From: Minutocellus sp. GHC0000111
Lineage: Eukaryota
DNA: 64,000 nucleotides
Assembly (NCBI GenBank): GCA_977018835.1
Contig: OZ361257.1
Span: forward strand, 5,270,001-5,334,000
Direction of reading: 5' to 3'
Position numbers and translations under genes: made by a program. The notes under the pieces were generated by a model. It was given only the letters and a program-made list of their open reading frames with translations, searched no databases and was not told the DNA's origin. Of the stretch, positions 34,197-46,602 are shown piece by piece (the first letter of the stretch is position 1; each line of letters begins with the position of its first letter).

Positions 34197-34315
34197 ATTC
34201 GATTCGATTCATTCGATGATTCATTCGATTCATTCGATTCGATTCATTCGATTCGATTCGATTCATTCGATTCGATTCATTCGATTCGATTCATTCATTC
34301 GATTCGTCATTCATT
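34197..34315. repeat. (ATTCG/ATTC)n simple repeat
   Basis: More than 20 ATTC(G) units directly visible. Confidence 0.95.
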
Positions 34316-34720
34316 TCAGAGGTTTCTACCAATCTCCTGGTTGTTGGGCCATTTTTCAAAGATGCGCTCGGTGATGCTTGCGCGCATCTTTGATGAATCG
34401 AGTGAATCTTGTGCTTTGATCTTTCATAGTCGAAAGCCGCCAATGGCGCAGCTTGCATACTCTCGTATCTAGCTAGGCCTACGTAGCTAGGAGTAGCTCC
34501 TGGAAGGTTAGCACAATGACCAGCAAGTGGCCTCACACGCACGTGCTATTTGGCTATCCATTTTCACTCTCTGCTCAGTGATCATTTCCTCAGCAAATTA
34601 ATTGATTGCGAGCAACACGCGAAGTGCTCCACTGTTTCGGCTACATCCGATCAAAAGCTACTAGTACGTAGCAATAAACAAGAATCCCGTCTACTTGTTG
34701 CGTGTGACAGTTGAGTCTCA

Positions 34721-35161
34721 ATGTGGAAAGACTACGTGGAATCGCGCCTTAGGGCACCAGAGGACCCTTACGACGAGTCTTCCTGTCGATCCTTCCCATC
34801 GACCATACATGTATTCTGTGGAGATTCGCTCACCATTGACGACAATGACGACAACGACGACAACGACGACAATGACGACGACGACGACGCCCGCACTTTT
34901 GTAGAGGGCGACACCAATACCAAGAAGCTAGGAGGGCGAAGCAGACCACGCCACAACTATCACCGACGAAATTCTTCATTTTGGAGTGAGATTGCGTGTG
35001 GAGAATTTGGCGACAACTCAGTCCTTCTCTCGGTGTGTTCAGCAATGTGCTTCACGCCGGACCAATGCTCCTCCAGCGATGTGACGCCGGGCGAGGAGAC
35101 AGACGAGGATCAAGGAATTAGGAAAGTGAATTATCCAGCCATTGAAATTTTGTATAACTAG
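34721..35161 (+). CDS. Hypothetical acidic protein
   Basis: 146-aa ATG ORF with DDN repeats; no recognised motif. Confidence 0.4.
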   Translation: MWKDYVESRLRAPEDPYDESSCRSFPSTIHVFCGDSLTIDDNDDNDDNDDNDDDDDARTFVEGDTNTKKLGGRSRPRHNYHRRNSSFWSEIACGEFGDNSVLLSVCSAMCFTPDQCSSSDVTPGEETDEDQGIRKVNYPAIEILYN

Positions 35162-35432
35162 CATCCTCCTTATGGACAAGGGAAGAGACGCGGGGAAAAG
35201 CCGTGATGGAACTGACTTGAAAGGTCATGCCTGCCACATGGTATGTGAAGTTTATGTAGTACTGGACTGTAACTTATCACCAAAGAGTGACGACCTTATT
35301 TTAGCAATCATCCTTGTCATACAGGTTCTAATGTACGTACTTTCATGTCCTAAATGTAGCTACATACCGGTAGGTGATCTACGTAGCAGACTCACTTTGC
35401 TGCAGTATGTGTATATATATACTACAAAGCCG

Positions 35433-35537
35433 CTACTAGTGACATTCTTTGCTGCCTACTAGTGACATTCTTTGCTGATTTGTAATATACTACTGTTCGC
35501 CTACTAGTGACATTCTTTGCTGATTTGTAATATATAC
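35433..35537 (-). repeat. Three copies of short repeat family C
   Basis: 'ctactagtgacattctttgctg(atttgtaatata)'; also at 7356-7391(+), 5843-5912 (inverted pair in SDR intron), 40070-40110 (MFS intron). Confidence 0.85.
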
Positions 35538-35604
35538 CAAAAAGCTGCGATAATAAAGTATGAGTGAAGCTCTATTGCTGTATGTGTGGACCGTCAGTAA
35601 ATAA

Positions 35605-36480
35605 TCATTGCTTATGGTACAAGGTTGCGGTAGAGTAGGGTGCTGTATCTGGGCAAACAATGCGCAAGTCTCCTTGCCAAGCAAAGCCATCACGAGAATT
35701 CAATTTGCCATCGATTATAACGACCCTGGCTCCTCTCTTCAACGCCGATAGAGCCTGAGAGAGTTTAGGTAATCTTCGACCTTGCAAGGACGTTTTGTCG
35801 CCTGTTTCTGTATTGCTCGCACACCATGTTGTAGCGAAGCATACCACAACCGTTGCTTGCGAAAGAACTCGTGACATCACCCGATCACTGCTATCGTGAA
35901 TATCACCAAGTAAAAACTCAACCTGAGCTTGTGCTTGCCTCAAGCTGCTGCCACTCCCCTTCTCTCTTTGTAATATGTCGGCCAAGTTTTCAGCATGGTG
36001 CTCTGACCTATCGACCAATCCAGGCACAATCTCTACCCCAATGCATTTGGATATTACCAGGGAATCATCTTGATTGTATAGAAGGGACGCCCCAAGAACG
36101 CATGCGCCATCTCCAGAACCTACGTCCAAAAATGTTTCTTGCTCTTCCAACCCAACCGCATCTAAGATTGTTCCAAGGGTTGGCACAGAGAGTTCGCCGT
36201 AGACGAGTTCATTGGCTGGTACTGGCATGTCCCGATTAAAGTCTGCCACAGCACTCCTTACTGAGGCGTATCGTGCTGCAGCAGCGGAATCCATCGTGGC
36301 ATCGGTACCGCCACCGACATCTTTATCCCCGAGAGCTTCAGAGACAAGCCTTGACACTCGAGATAAATGAGCGGCCGGAATCTCTGGTGCCAGAGCGGAC
36401 ACAAGTACAGGAACAACAAGAGGCGATGCCAACACCGCGGCGGCGAAGGCAGCAGCATTCAGAAGGAGGGGACGTGTCAT
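35605..36480 (-). CDS. Class I SAM-dependent methyltransferase (DOT1-like fold) with N-terminal signal
   Basis: 'LVYGELS', 'FLDVGSGDG', 'GVEIVP', 'FLLGDI', 'LKRGARVV'. Confidence 0.75.
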   Translation of the reverse strand: MTRPLLLNAAAFAAAVLASPLVVPVLVSALAPEIPAAHLSRVSRLVSEALGDKDVGGGTDATMDSAAAARYASVRSAVADFNRDMPVPANELVYGELSVPTLGTILDAVGLEEQETFLDVGSGDGACVLGASLLYNQDDSLVISKCIGVEIVPGLVDRSEHHAENLADILQREKGSGSSLRQAQAQVEFLLGDIHDSSDRVMSRVLSQATVVVCFATTWCASNTETGDKTSLQGRRLPKLSQALSALKRGARVVIIDGKLNSRDGFAWQGDLRIVCPDTAPYSTATLYHKQ

Positions 36481-36653
36481 ATTGTTACAGCAGCAACAGT
36501 GATGGTTGTTCAGATGTTCAGGCATGGCCACGTCCGGCACGTCCGCCCCATCAGCCCTCATATCATATCATGTCGCATTTACCAATCTCCCGATCCCTGT
36601 TACAAAATCGAAAAAGCCACGTCGCTCTCGCTCGCGGCCGCGCACATCTCAAA

Positions 36654-38306
36654 ATGGAACGAAACAACGGCGAAAACGTCAAAACGAGTCTGCCATATTT
36701 GCATTACCTAGGTACAGTATTCGTACTCCTCCAGTTAAGCTTGGCCAACGTCCCAATGGAATTGATGGCAACGCTGTCGCCCCATATTCCTCCAGTTAAG
36801 ATCTTTGCGATGGCACTGATGGAGACCGAAAAGCGGCAAACGCATTGTAAAGCCAGTGGACCGGGATGGTGCCGATCGCGCTTTAAGAACAATCGCATTG
36901 CACTTGCCTCGGCCATCCTCCTCGGTCTTTTTCGTAGTCACTGCCCTTCTTTCGCTGTTTCGGCCTTTCAACACCCAGCGCGTTCGTGCGCAACGCTATC
37001 TCCTTTGTTTACTAGTACTGCAAAAACTGCCGGGACAGTTGCACGTGCGAGTAGCGGGAGGCTTCACTCACAAGCCTTGCATGTGCCCCTCGACGATGGT
37101 AGCGGTGGGAAGAATGGCAGCACCAGTGCAACCACAGAGAACAATACTCGTACCAGTGAAGAGGCACCAGGTCAGTCAGTCCGACCGCAAGTGACAAGGC
37201 GGAGAGACGAAGGGAGGCGAAATTGTATCTCAAACAAAAGAAAGAACGGAGTCAGGCAAGGAAAACACTCGACCCGACCGCGGAGGCACTGACGGTGGCG
37301 CACCAAGCTCTGCTTTCGTCCGAGAATCTCGATGCCATGAGGGCACGGGCAGGCGTCCTTCGCCGATCAATTGTGCGGCAGCAGATGGAATTGCAGGACA
37401 TCGAACGGCGCATGCTGTGTCTGGAGCGACCGGCTTATCCCGTGGCCGTCCTAACAGACTTGCTCGAGGAAGACAATCCCGCAAAGGCCACGCTTCGGCA
37501 TCTCGGCCGTTCGATGAATCGTTTGACGACCAGCACGCAAGTACTGATGCGGAAGCTTTACCGCGTCAAGGAAAGAGAAGGGCCAAAGAATAAGCACTGG
37601 AATTCCGTCTCGGAGTTTGTTGATCATCAGCGCAAGAGCGGAGTGAGAATCGTCAAGGGGTTAGTCGAGAACCCAGATCGACTGCGGTATTTGGCAGACC
37701 CGGCGACCCCCACGCTCGTTGCGCATGTGCCGCGAGCCCTACCTTGATGAGATTCTGGACCGGTTTGATGATATTGAGCCCCACCTGCCCTGGATTTTAG
37801 ACATCATCGACGCGCTGGCTCCATACACTGGCCTCCTTCTCAAGCACATCGACGAATTACTACTATACGCAGAACTAGATGAGCATGAAATGAGCAAGGG
37901 TAGTCGTTACGACTTGGCCGAGCAACTGCTGCCCCACTTAGAGACGTATGTATCTCAGCTAGACGCAGTAGGTCCTCATCTGCCTCTCCTCCGGCCGCAC
38001 ATTCCACTTCTGCTCAAGCACAATCGGATCGCCAAAATTTCTCCCTACATCAATCGGCTATTCGCCAGGGCCTATACTGACCTCTCTGCTAGCGCAAACA
38101 TGGATGTCCTCCTGTTTTGGTTCGGATGGACGATGAGGATACCTGGACTGCCCAAACTGTTCTTTTCGCTCCCGTGGAGTCCCCGCATTGTTTCCTTTCT
38201 AGCCAATCGAATGCCCAAGCGCTTTGTCCGCGGTCCCTGCTCTGGTATATCCTGCCATGTTGACAATGTGTATCATGATGGCTGGAATAAATTGAGTAAG
38301 GCATAG
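36654..38306 (+). CDS. Uncharacterised, possibly plastid-targeted helical-repeat protein (two frameshifts, ~37260 and ~37732)
   Basis: Three overlapping ORFs join into one protein; 'VSAFQ' motif; repeated 'EPHLPWIL/APYTGLLL/GPHLPLL'. Start uncertain. Confidence 0.55.
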
Positions 38307-38419
38307 AAATATTGGCAATGGCAACGCTGAGTGAAGCAGTGGATCTACTGAGTCAAGTACATGATTTAGTACCCCAGAGAAACATTAGAATGACCACGTA
38401 ATAATATCACTTGCATTAA

Positions 38420-39475
38420 TTAAAATTTATCCTGCATGTAAACAACAGAACTTAGAAAATCCAAAGCATTTTTCGTTGTTGTGTCTGCCATGTCTGCTAT
38501 CTCCGCTCCAGTCGCGAGAGAAAGATAGGCTAATGCCCCTGATGTTCCAGTTTCAACATCGACCGTACAGTGAACGTCCGACTCAGCCAAGAGGCGATTC
38601 ATCGGCACTGCCTGGATAGCCTCAATGTTTTTCGTCCGACTTTTGTCAGAGGAACACATTCCAACATTGACTGCATGTGAGAACCCAAAATAAAAAATCG
38701 GTGCCGTTATGTCTTGACTTGAAGTTGCACCGGGCTTGTCCTCTTTGCTCATTAACGACGCCTCAAAGGGAAGAAGTTCTTTTACGTGGTGCGCTGTTCC
38801 AGTGAAGGAATGCATGGCGACTGCCGACGGAAATGCATCAGTAAGCTTTGGCGCTCCTTGTCCATTCAAAAGTTCCTTTCCCGCCCCCCCTCCTTTCGCC
38901 TTCGTCTTCGTTTGTGCCCTCTTCCATTCCCTGACAACCTTCAAGGCATCTTCGCGTACTTCCTTCAACAGCCTCATCAATACTCCATGCTGCTGCACGC
39001 AGTGGACCGTACATGGTCGGCGTAGTTTCGCCGCTAGAAGAAATTGATCACGAAACACGCTTCGTTGCAATTCCAGAGCAGCTGACTTCCCACCCAGCTC
39101 TGCAGGATACTGGCGGACGAACTTGGCAACCTTGCACAGGCCAATTTCTCCAACGATTGCCCGCGGATGTTGCACGAGAAGCGATTCAAGATCGGAAAGG
39201 TACGAGGGGCTCAGATCCGGATACAAATACCATGGATGGACACCAAGTGCAGGCAGTGTCCTCTCCCGACGGGACGAGTCTGCCGCATACTTCAGTGTTG
39301 ACTGCCAATCATCCGTTGATACCGCACAGACAACTGATATTGTGGAGAGATTTGCATTTGACGATGCTAAACCTACGTCAACACGACGTGAGCCGCTACG
39401 TGCACTACTTCCATCATAATCAGCATTATCAGCGTCTCGCTCGAGCTGAGGATGTCCATGAGTATCCACGATCAT
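38420..39475 (-). CDS. TatD-family DNase
   Basis: 'IVDTHGH', 'LGVHPW', 'VGEIGL', 'VHCV', 'MHSFTG', 'LLAESD'. Confidence 0.9.
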   Translation of the reverse strand: MIVDTHGHPQLERDADNADYDGSSARSGSRRVDVGLASSNANLSTISVVCAVSTDDWQSTLKYAADSSRRERTLPALGVHPWYLYPDLSPSYLSDLESLLVQHPRAIVGEIGLCKVAKFVRQYPAELGGKSAALELQRSVFRDQFLLAAKLRRPCTVHCVQQHGVLMRLLKEVREDALKVVREWKRAQTKTKAKGGGAGKELLNGQGAPKLTDAFPSAVAMHSFTGTAHHVKELLPFEASLMSKEDKPGATSSQDITAPIFYFGFSHAVNVGMCSSDKSRTKNIEAIQAVPMNRLLAESDVHCTVDVETGTSGALAYLSLATGAEIADMADTTTKNALDFLSSVVYMQDKF

Positions 39476-39657
39476 CGTACCCTCTTCTCGTTCTGCTGAC
39501 TGACGAAGTCCGAATCTTCAACTTGCTTGAAATTGCACAATTGCTTCATGTTTATCCGGAACAAGAGCCTGTGCAGTAAGGGGTACTGCTGCTGCATAGT
39601 TACTTTGGATAGGCAGATTTTCTCTGTCTCGGACACACATCTCTCACGAACTTCGAT

Positions 39658-41188
39658 ATGCCACATTTCATTTGTTTTGCGATCATCAAAGGTGGGCGTT
39701 CTTTGTTACCTTTGGTGGCTATTTCATGGCGCATTTCTCCCGCAAGTGCTACTCCACGATCAAGCAGCAGCTGCAGGATGAGGCCGGATACTCATCCCTA
39801 ATCCTATCCGCCATGGACACCACCTTCATGGCCACCTACGCCGTCGGCAACATCGTCAGCGGCAAGCTCGGCGACACCCTCAACCCTGCCACCGTGTTGG
39901 CCATCGGCCTGTTCGGAAGTGGTGCCTGCCTTTTCCTCATCAACGTTAGCCTTTGGTTCGACTTTGTTGGCTTTTCCGAGCAGCTCGGCAACTTCTTCAT
40001 CCTGGCCGTCTACTTCATGTTTGGCTTCTTCCAGTCAACCGGTGGACCTGTTGGTAAGTTTTCATTTTCATATTACTAGTCTAGTACAAATCAGCAAAGA
40101 TTGCTGCTAGTTAGTAGGTTCTTATTTCATGTGCCATGCTCTGCTCCCTAATACCAAAGTTTTCGTTCTCGATGTTCCGCCCACCGAAAAATACAACAGG
40201 CACTGCCGTCATGGGCAACTGGTTCTGTGACAAAGACAGTGTTAAGAACCGTGGTCTCATCTTCGGGCTTTGGACTTGCCACCAGTACTGCGGTGACATC
40301 ACCGCTGCCCTTTGTACCGCTTGGGTCCTTGGCATCGGCCTTCCATACTGGTGGGCCCTCCTCATCCCCTCCCTTACCAATCTTGGATGGGGTTTCCTCA
40401 CCATGCGTCTCATTGCCGACCCCGCCGACGTTGGCATTATCACCGACGAGGTCCGCATCCGCATGGCAAAGCTCGAGGCTGCCCGCGCCAACCTCAAGGA
40501 TGGCGAGACCATCGAGGACGAGGGCCCCAAGCCCATTAGTTACGCTGCTGCCATCCGCATTCCTATGGTTGCCCAGTACGCCGTCGCCTTTGGCTTTTTC
40601 AAGCTGACCAACTATGTCCTCTTCTTTTGGCTCCCCTACTTCCTTGGAAAGAACTTTGATCCTGTCACTGCCAACCTGATCGCTGCCTGCTATTCCGTTG
40701 GTATGATGCCCGGTGGCATCATCGTCGGATTCGTCTCCGATCTGTTTGGTGGACGCCGTGCCTCGGTGATTGGCGTCTTCATGACTTGTCTCATTGTCTT
40801 TCTGTCCATCTTTGCCGCGTCCTCCGAAACACTCCACCCCGTCGCCCTACTTGTCATGCTTTGCATCATGGGTATCCTCGTCGGTGGCCCCAACAACATC
40901 ATTACCAGTGCCGTCGCTGCTGATTTGGCTTCACACCCCTCGGTCCGTGGAAGCAACAAGTCTCTGGGCACCGTCACCGGCCTTATTAATGGCACAGGTT
41001 CCATCACTGCATCGATCGGTCTTCTTGCCGTCGGTCCACTGCAGGAGACTTTCGGCTGGGGTTCCGTTTGGGTCTTCCTCATTGGTTGCACGGTGTGCGG
41101 TACTCTTCTCATGACGCCCAAGATTTACGAGGAACTTTTTCCCAAGAGTGACGATGATGGCACTGAGATGGAAAGCACCAACGTTTAG
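39658..41188 (+). CDS. MFS sugar-phosphate/glycerol-3-phosphate exchanger (SLC37/OPA family)
   Basis: 'HFSRK', 'QSTGGPVGTAVMGNWF', 'RGLIFGLW', 'FFWLPYFL', 'TVTGLINGTGS'; intron 40054-40199; ATG at 39658 is one base out of frame. Confidence 0.9.
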
Positions 41189-41298
41189 AAAAGTTTTGCT
41201 TGATACGGAAGTCTTGGTCGGTATTTTGGTGTGTGTCTAGCATCGTAGGAAGCTGATGAAGGGGTTGGAGGGAGGAACCGAGAAATCTGGGACATATG

Positions 41299-41659
41299 CA
41301 TTCGCGATAGATCTTTATTTTGTTCAAAGATGTACGATGCAGATGTATGTACGAGCCTCGTACCTGCCTACCAGCAGGTACACATGTCTACTACTGATGC
41401 GTCAATCATGGTAATGCTGGCTGGTACAGCTGTGCTGGTGTGCTAGACTCTACCTGTAAAACACATGAAATCACGAGATAATAGAGAAAGAATACATGTT
41501 CAAAATTACTTTATTTCTCTCTAGCTAGCTAGCTAGCTACGTAGTACAACTACATGATACGTCAGCTGCTCAACTGGTGGCTAGCTACGTGTACGCTCTA
41601 GCTTGCCTACATGCATGTTTTCTATGCTACACCAATTTAGCTAGCAAGCTAAGTACATA
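41299..41659 (+). repeat. Second copy of the 3028-3395 repeat
   Basis: Direct alignment by eye. Confidence 0.85.
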
Positions 41660-42198
41660 TTCTAGCTACAGTAGCTAGCTAGATCTACGTGTACGCTCTA
41701 GCTACGTAGATCTAGCTACATGTACCTAGGCTCGCATGGCGGTAGCTCGGGGTGATGCAGTATATAACTCTCCGATTTTTGAGACCGAGGTAAAGGGTGG
41801 AGCATATTCTGTCACCTTACACCTTTATCGTTGAGCGATTGCTGGTGCCATTGCCCGTGGTCTCTCTCTGCATAAGAGATCACGACTGCACTTTGTTCGA
41901 GGCTCGAGAGGAGAGGCAGCCAGGGTCGCTGAGGAGGCAAAGAATCATTTTGAAACTGGTAGGTGCTCTGATAGTGACGGATTCTCGGCTCTTCATTCGA
42001 GTCGAGAATATGGTTACTACGAGCAGTTTAGAGGATTTAGAAGTGGACCTGAACGGCGCTATGAGTAATTATCTGCGGCTGGTTTTGCTTGTCCTACTTT
42101 CTTCGCTTCTCATCTTCTGATTATGTCGATCCTATAAACGTCTACGTAGAAAATCGTTATACATGTACCTAGGTAGCTACTGTAGCTAGAGTATGTAG

Positions 42199-43501
42199 CT
42201 AGCCAAACTCGCCAACTTCTTCGGGCCCCACCTCGTCATTCTTTCTTCTTAGCAAATGAATCGTTATATTGTGCTTCCTTCCTAGATTTGCGGAAGCGAA
42301 GGACTTGTCTATTTCATGCGCCTCTATCGGCTCAACAATCTCATCAAAATGCTTTCGAAACATTTCCAATAAGTCCGCTGATGCGGGCATTCGCATTCGC
42401 GTTCCAAAGACCACTAATGTCTGACTGTCGGTAAAGCGCAGAACGGTGGACATGAGTATGTCAAAGTGTGACTCACTCCCCGGCCGGTGCTGATAGGCGA
42501 CATCACCAATAAGCAAAATGCATTCCCTCTCTTGTTGATGTTGATGAAGACAGAGGTAAGTTCCCCGTGCACGCAGCGTCACTATCTCGTTTCCCAACTT
42601 TCAACTTGGATTTCTTCTTCTTCTTTCTCCCGCCAGCCTTTTCGTTCGGCAGAAGTGGAGGAGCCAATCGATCCAACTCCTGAGCAGCCGCTGTCTCATC
42701 ATCGGCGTTTCCCCATCACAGTGGCATTGCGCTAATTTTGGCACCACCATTACCCCCCAAATGAGAATTGTGTTCGACGTTCCGTTGCGTGATTCCCTCC
42801 ACTACAGCTTTGAGATCCGTGAGCAGCACCGCTCTTGCCCCTACTGCTCCCGCCACCAATCCTGTGAGGCCGACGCCACAACCCAACTCGAGGACGCGCC
42901 GTTCTCTCCAAGATACCGGGCCCCAAACTCCCGGAGCAACAAGCCGGGGGATGAACGGCTCTCGCGAGTTTGGTGGAGGAGGAGGACTAGTCGCCATGAC
43001 GAGCAGTTTGGCCATCAATACGCCAACATCCCATAGTGCGCCTCCCGCTATTTTTCGTGGACATAAGGCAAAGTTTTGTTTTGATTTGTATTGTTCGTCG
43101 ACACAAACAAAGGCGGTATGGAGATGGAAAGATCCGTCGAAAACAAAATGGATACAGATGAAATGATGGATTAGCGTGGACGTAACACATAGCATTGATT
43201 TAGTTCGAGCGTGAGCATGTAAAATTCATTGGTTCAGCGGTGTTTCTAATATCCTGACATGTATTCGTCAGAGCAACACTCTGCATTTGAAGATTACGGC
43301 GAGCTAGCAGAGCGCGAGTGAGAGAAACTTTTCATCACAGTAGTCACTTGCAAACTCACGCCATGTGGCCTTCTCTGCCGTCTGATCAACCGTCACCTTC
43401 TCTTCGCGACCATACTTGAGGAAACTGAAGCTATATGGCTTTGTCGCGTCGACGATGAGATGATTCTTAGGTCGGTTAATACTGGCCGGCGGCGACGGCA
43501 T
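42199..43501 (-). CDS. METTL21/lysine methyltransferase family protein (in-frame TGA 42716-42718 and frameshift ~42520)
   Basis: Exons 43501-43360 and 43047-42199; 'WPGGALWD', 'VLELGCGVGLTGL', 'LLTDL', 'PL*WG', 'ILLIGDVAY'. Confidence 0.85.
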
Positions 43502-43645
43502 GGTGGCTGGGGTGTGGGGTGAAGTTAGTTGCGGGCGTATTGACACTTGCCGACATACCAGGGTTTAAGCTTGTTTATCTTCTGGGACATCCCTATCACA
43601 AGCTAAAATGCTCAACGCATGTTGTTGTTGGCGGAAACCGCCATC

Positions 43646-46040
43646 ATGAGCGACGCGGTCATTGCAAATCCATCTTGGCCTTACAGCTTATTGCATCCTG
43701 GCTTAGCTAGCCCCAGCCAGAATTTTTATGTCCCCTTTGCACTAGTCTGCTGTAACATATCATGGATTTTATTACGCTGGCGTCGGCTACCGCACCGCGG
43801 AAGCTGCTCCGTCAGCTCGCCGGCGCAACTGCCGGTGCAGCAGGGGAGGCGGGCGAAGACGATGACTTTGCCCACCTAGCGGCCGATACCTCCAACGCCG
43901 AGGCCGGGGCCGACTACACCTCCGGCGGTCTGTACGGAGAGCGGCCCGGTACACCATACGAGCAGCAGTTCGGGGGTGCCGTCCCGGACTCTTCCAGTCC
44001 CCTCTAGAGTCCTACAGCCGAGGCCGAATTGTTTCTCCTGGCGACCAACTTCTTGTTGTGTGAGTGCGAGTACATTACACACAAATGTATTGCGGAATTG
44101 GAAAGGGGTTTGTCCTGTCATACTATAATCTGCACTTCGCAGTACGACCAGTCGGCACGAATGTGCAATGCTAAGGAGATGTGCAGAGCATACATGTGAC
44201 AAACGCATTTACTCTAGCTACGTAGCTAGTCAAATGTGAAACAACAAGTGTTCGCAAGCAATGCGAAAAGCGTTGATGAATTACACTTTTTAGAGTGAGT
44301 CATTGCTAACCCCCTCCGTTTCTTTGTCCCCTCCAATTCCGACCAATATCGTAGACGTTGCGATGGTAATCATCACGACCATGGTGTGCAAGATTTATTT
44401 TCCTGAGTCGCTTGAGCGAGGAAGTGCCGAGAGCCAGGGAGCGTCCAGCTCGCGAATGTCGTATGTGCGAGTGCGGAGCAGCGGAAGTCGCAGAGGTAGC
44501 ACTACCGAGGATGACGAAGGAGGGGAAGAGGGCAAGAATATGTCGTCTTACTACAGCTCCGATAACGAGGATGAAAGCTCGATGGAGGGCGCCGATGAAG
44601 AGGATGAAGAGGACTTTAGTAGCGACGAAGACGCAGTAGGATCTTCCGACGAGGAATCCGAGTCCGATGGACTGCTCCTCGAAATGGAAGAGCCGGAGGC
44701 TGGAGGTGTTGGCGGGTCGACTCCTCATCGCCGGCGAAACAAAATTAATGGGCGGAAACGGGCAATCAGCGGTGGAAACTTTCTCGAATTCGATCAAACA
44801 ACAACGAGTCGTAATGACGTTATGAAGCGGCTCGGCCTCTGCGTCCTCATGTTGAACCTTACTTTCGTGACGTGGGGCGTTCTACAGGTGCGTCGCATTG
44901 ATAATTGGCAACGCAGATCTAGCTAGTAGTCTAGCTAGTATTTCTGTGTCCGATGTTTTGGATGTTGGATCCTTGGAGGTCGAAACGTTGACCCAGTATC
45001 AATGCCGTTGTGATCTTCCTCGATCTGCGTAGTATCTGCGTCTAACTTTGCCCACCAATATTCTCATATTTGATCATGTGCAGGAACGAATGCTCACAAG
45101 GCGATACCCTCGCATCACTGGAGAATACTTCACTTATTCCTATGCTCTTGTCTTTACCAATCGTTTCTGGACTCTCATCATGTCGGGTGGTCTGCTTCTC
45201 TACCTAAAGCCTCGACGGTCCAAGAGCACCATTATCTATGAGTACTCTTTTCCTTCGATATCGAATATGCTTAGCAGTTGGTGCCAGTACGAGGCGCTCA
45301 AGTATGTTTCGTTCCCAGCCGCCACACTGTTTAAATCATTCAAATTGGCGCCCGTAATGGCTATGGGCAAGATGTTAGGCAACAAGGAATATCCCCAGTA
45401 CGATTACGTCGTCGCCTTGTTCATTGGTCTGGGCATCACGATGTTCATGTCAGGTTCGGAAGATTTGGAATTTGGATACGATGTCCACGGCGACAAGGCA
45501 TCGGCGGCATGGACGGGGGTCATGCTACTTGGATTCTTCCTCTTTTTTGATAGCTTCACTAGTCAGTGGCAAAGCCGTATGTTCCAACGGCATCGGGACT
45601 TGTCGATGATTGAGCTCATGTTTGCCACATCGGCTTTCTCGACGGTCTTGTCTTTCATCACACTGGTTCACACAAAAGAGCTCGGCCCCGCACTTAGTTT
45701 TGTAGTTCAGCACTCAGAGATTCATCTCCATTTCTTCCTCTTTTCTATCTGCTCTACGATTGGCCAGCTGTTCATCTTTTACACCATTAAGAACTTTGGT
45801 GCCGTCGTTTTTGCCATCATCATGACAACAAGGGTACTCCTCAGCATTGCTCTTTCGTGCATTTTATACGGCCATGAGGTAGGATCGACTGGCTTTCTTG
45901 GCCTTATATTGGTGATGGGGGCCGTTTGCTATCGTATCAAGCGCAAGGCGGAAGGAAAGCAACTGATCAGATGGCAGGGTATCGGCGATGAAAAGGCCAT
46001 GGAACTTGTGCAGGAGTGGCACGAACATGCCGATATGTAG
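43646..46040 (+). CDS. PAPS / UDP-sugar transporter (SLC35B2-like, UAA family); in-frame TAG 44005-44007 and probable frameshift ~43755
   Basis: Introns 44060-44354 and 44888-45083; 'TWGVLQERMLT', 'SSWCQYEALKYVSFP..LFKSFKL.PVM', 'FDSFTSQWQ', 'GQLFIFYTIKNFG'. Confidence 0.9.
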
Positions 46041-46602
46041 ATCTACTACGAGCTAGATCTAGAGACTACTGCCGGTACAGTACGTAGCTATGGATTCTCA
46101 AAAAGACATAAAAGACATCTACATGTATAGGAATCCTACTACAAGTAGATCCGGAAAAGTAAGAGTCTAAAAATGACATCTAGATCTAGATCTACTAGAT
46201 CTACCGGTCGGTATCAGATCAGATAATTTTGATTTGCAGATTCGATCGATCTCACACAAACTCAAACACAAGGACAACACACGGCGGCATGCATGGTAGG
46301 TCTACCGGTACCGGCACCGTTACCGCAATATTTCTGTATAGAACGCGCATGCAGTGTAATGTAGATCAAGAGATGCTACCGCCGCATTGATTGCCTGCCA
46401 TGTGCTGTGGTTTGGCGGCAGGAAAGAGTGCTCAGACTTGTATGTAGGTGATTCCCGGAAGTCCGACAATCCCTTTAAGAGGGCGCTGTCCATAATTTTC
46501 CCCGTTTTTAATCCCCTTTATTCTTATTTCTTATGACGAGCGAAGCATGACAAAAACTCGACCCCACCATGAGAATCGCCGCTCTGCCCCCTCTTCATTA
46601 CG

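Noticed and set aside
41797..42120. 107-aa ORF as a host gene
   Set aside because: GTG start, overlaps repeat family B, no recognisable domain; at most a mobile-element remnant.
5113..44007. Alternative genetic code or U-to-C editing to explain four in-frame stops
   Set aside because: Both TAG and TGA are involved, both also serve as normal terminators here, and the same genes or neighbours carry frameshifts; decay or sequence error explains everything more simply.
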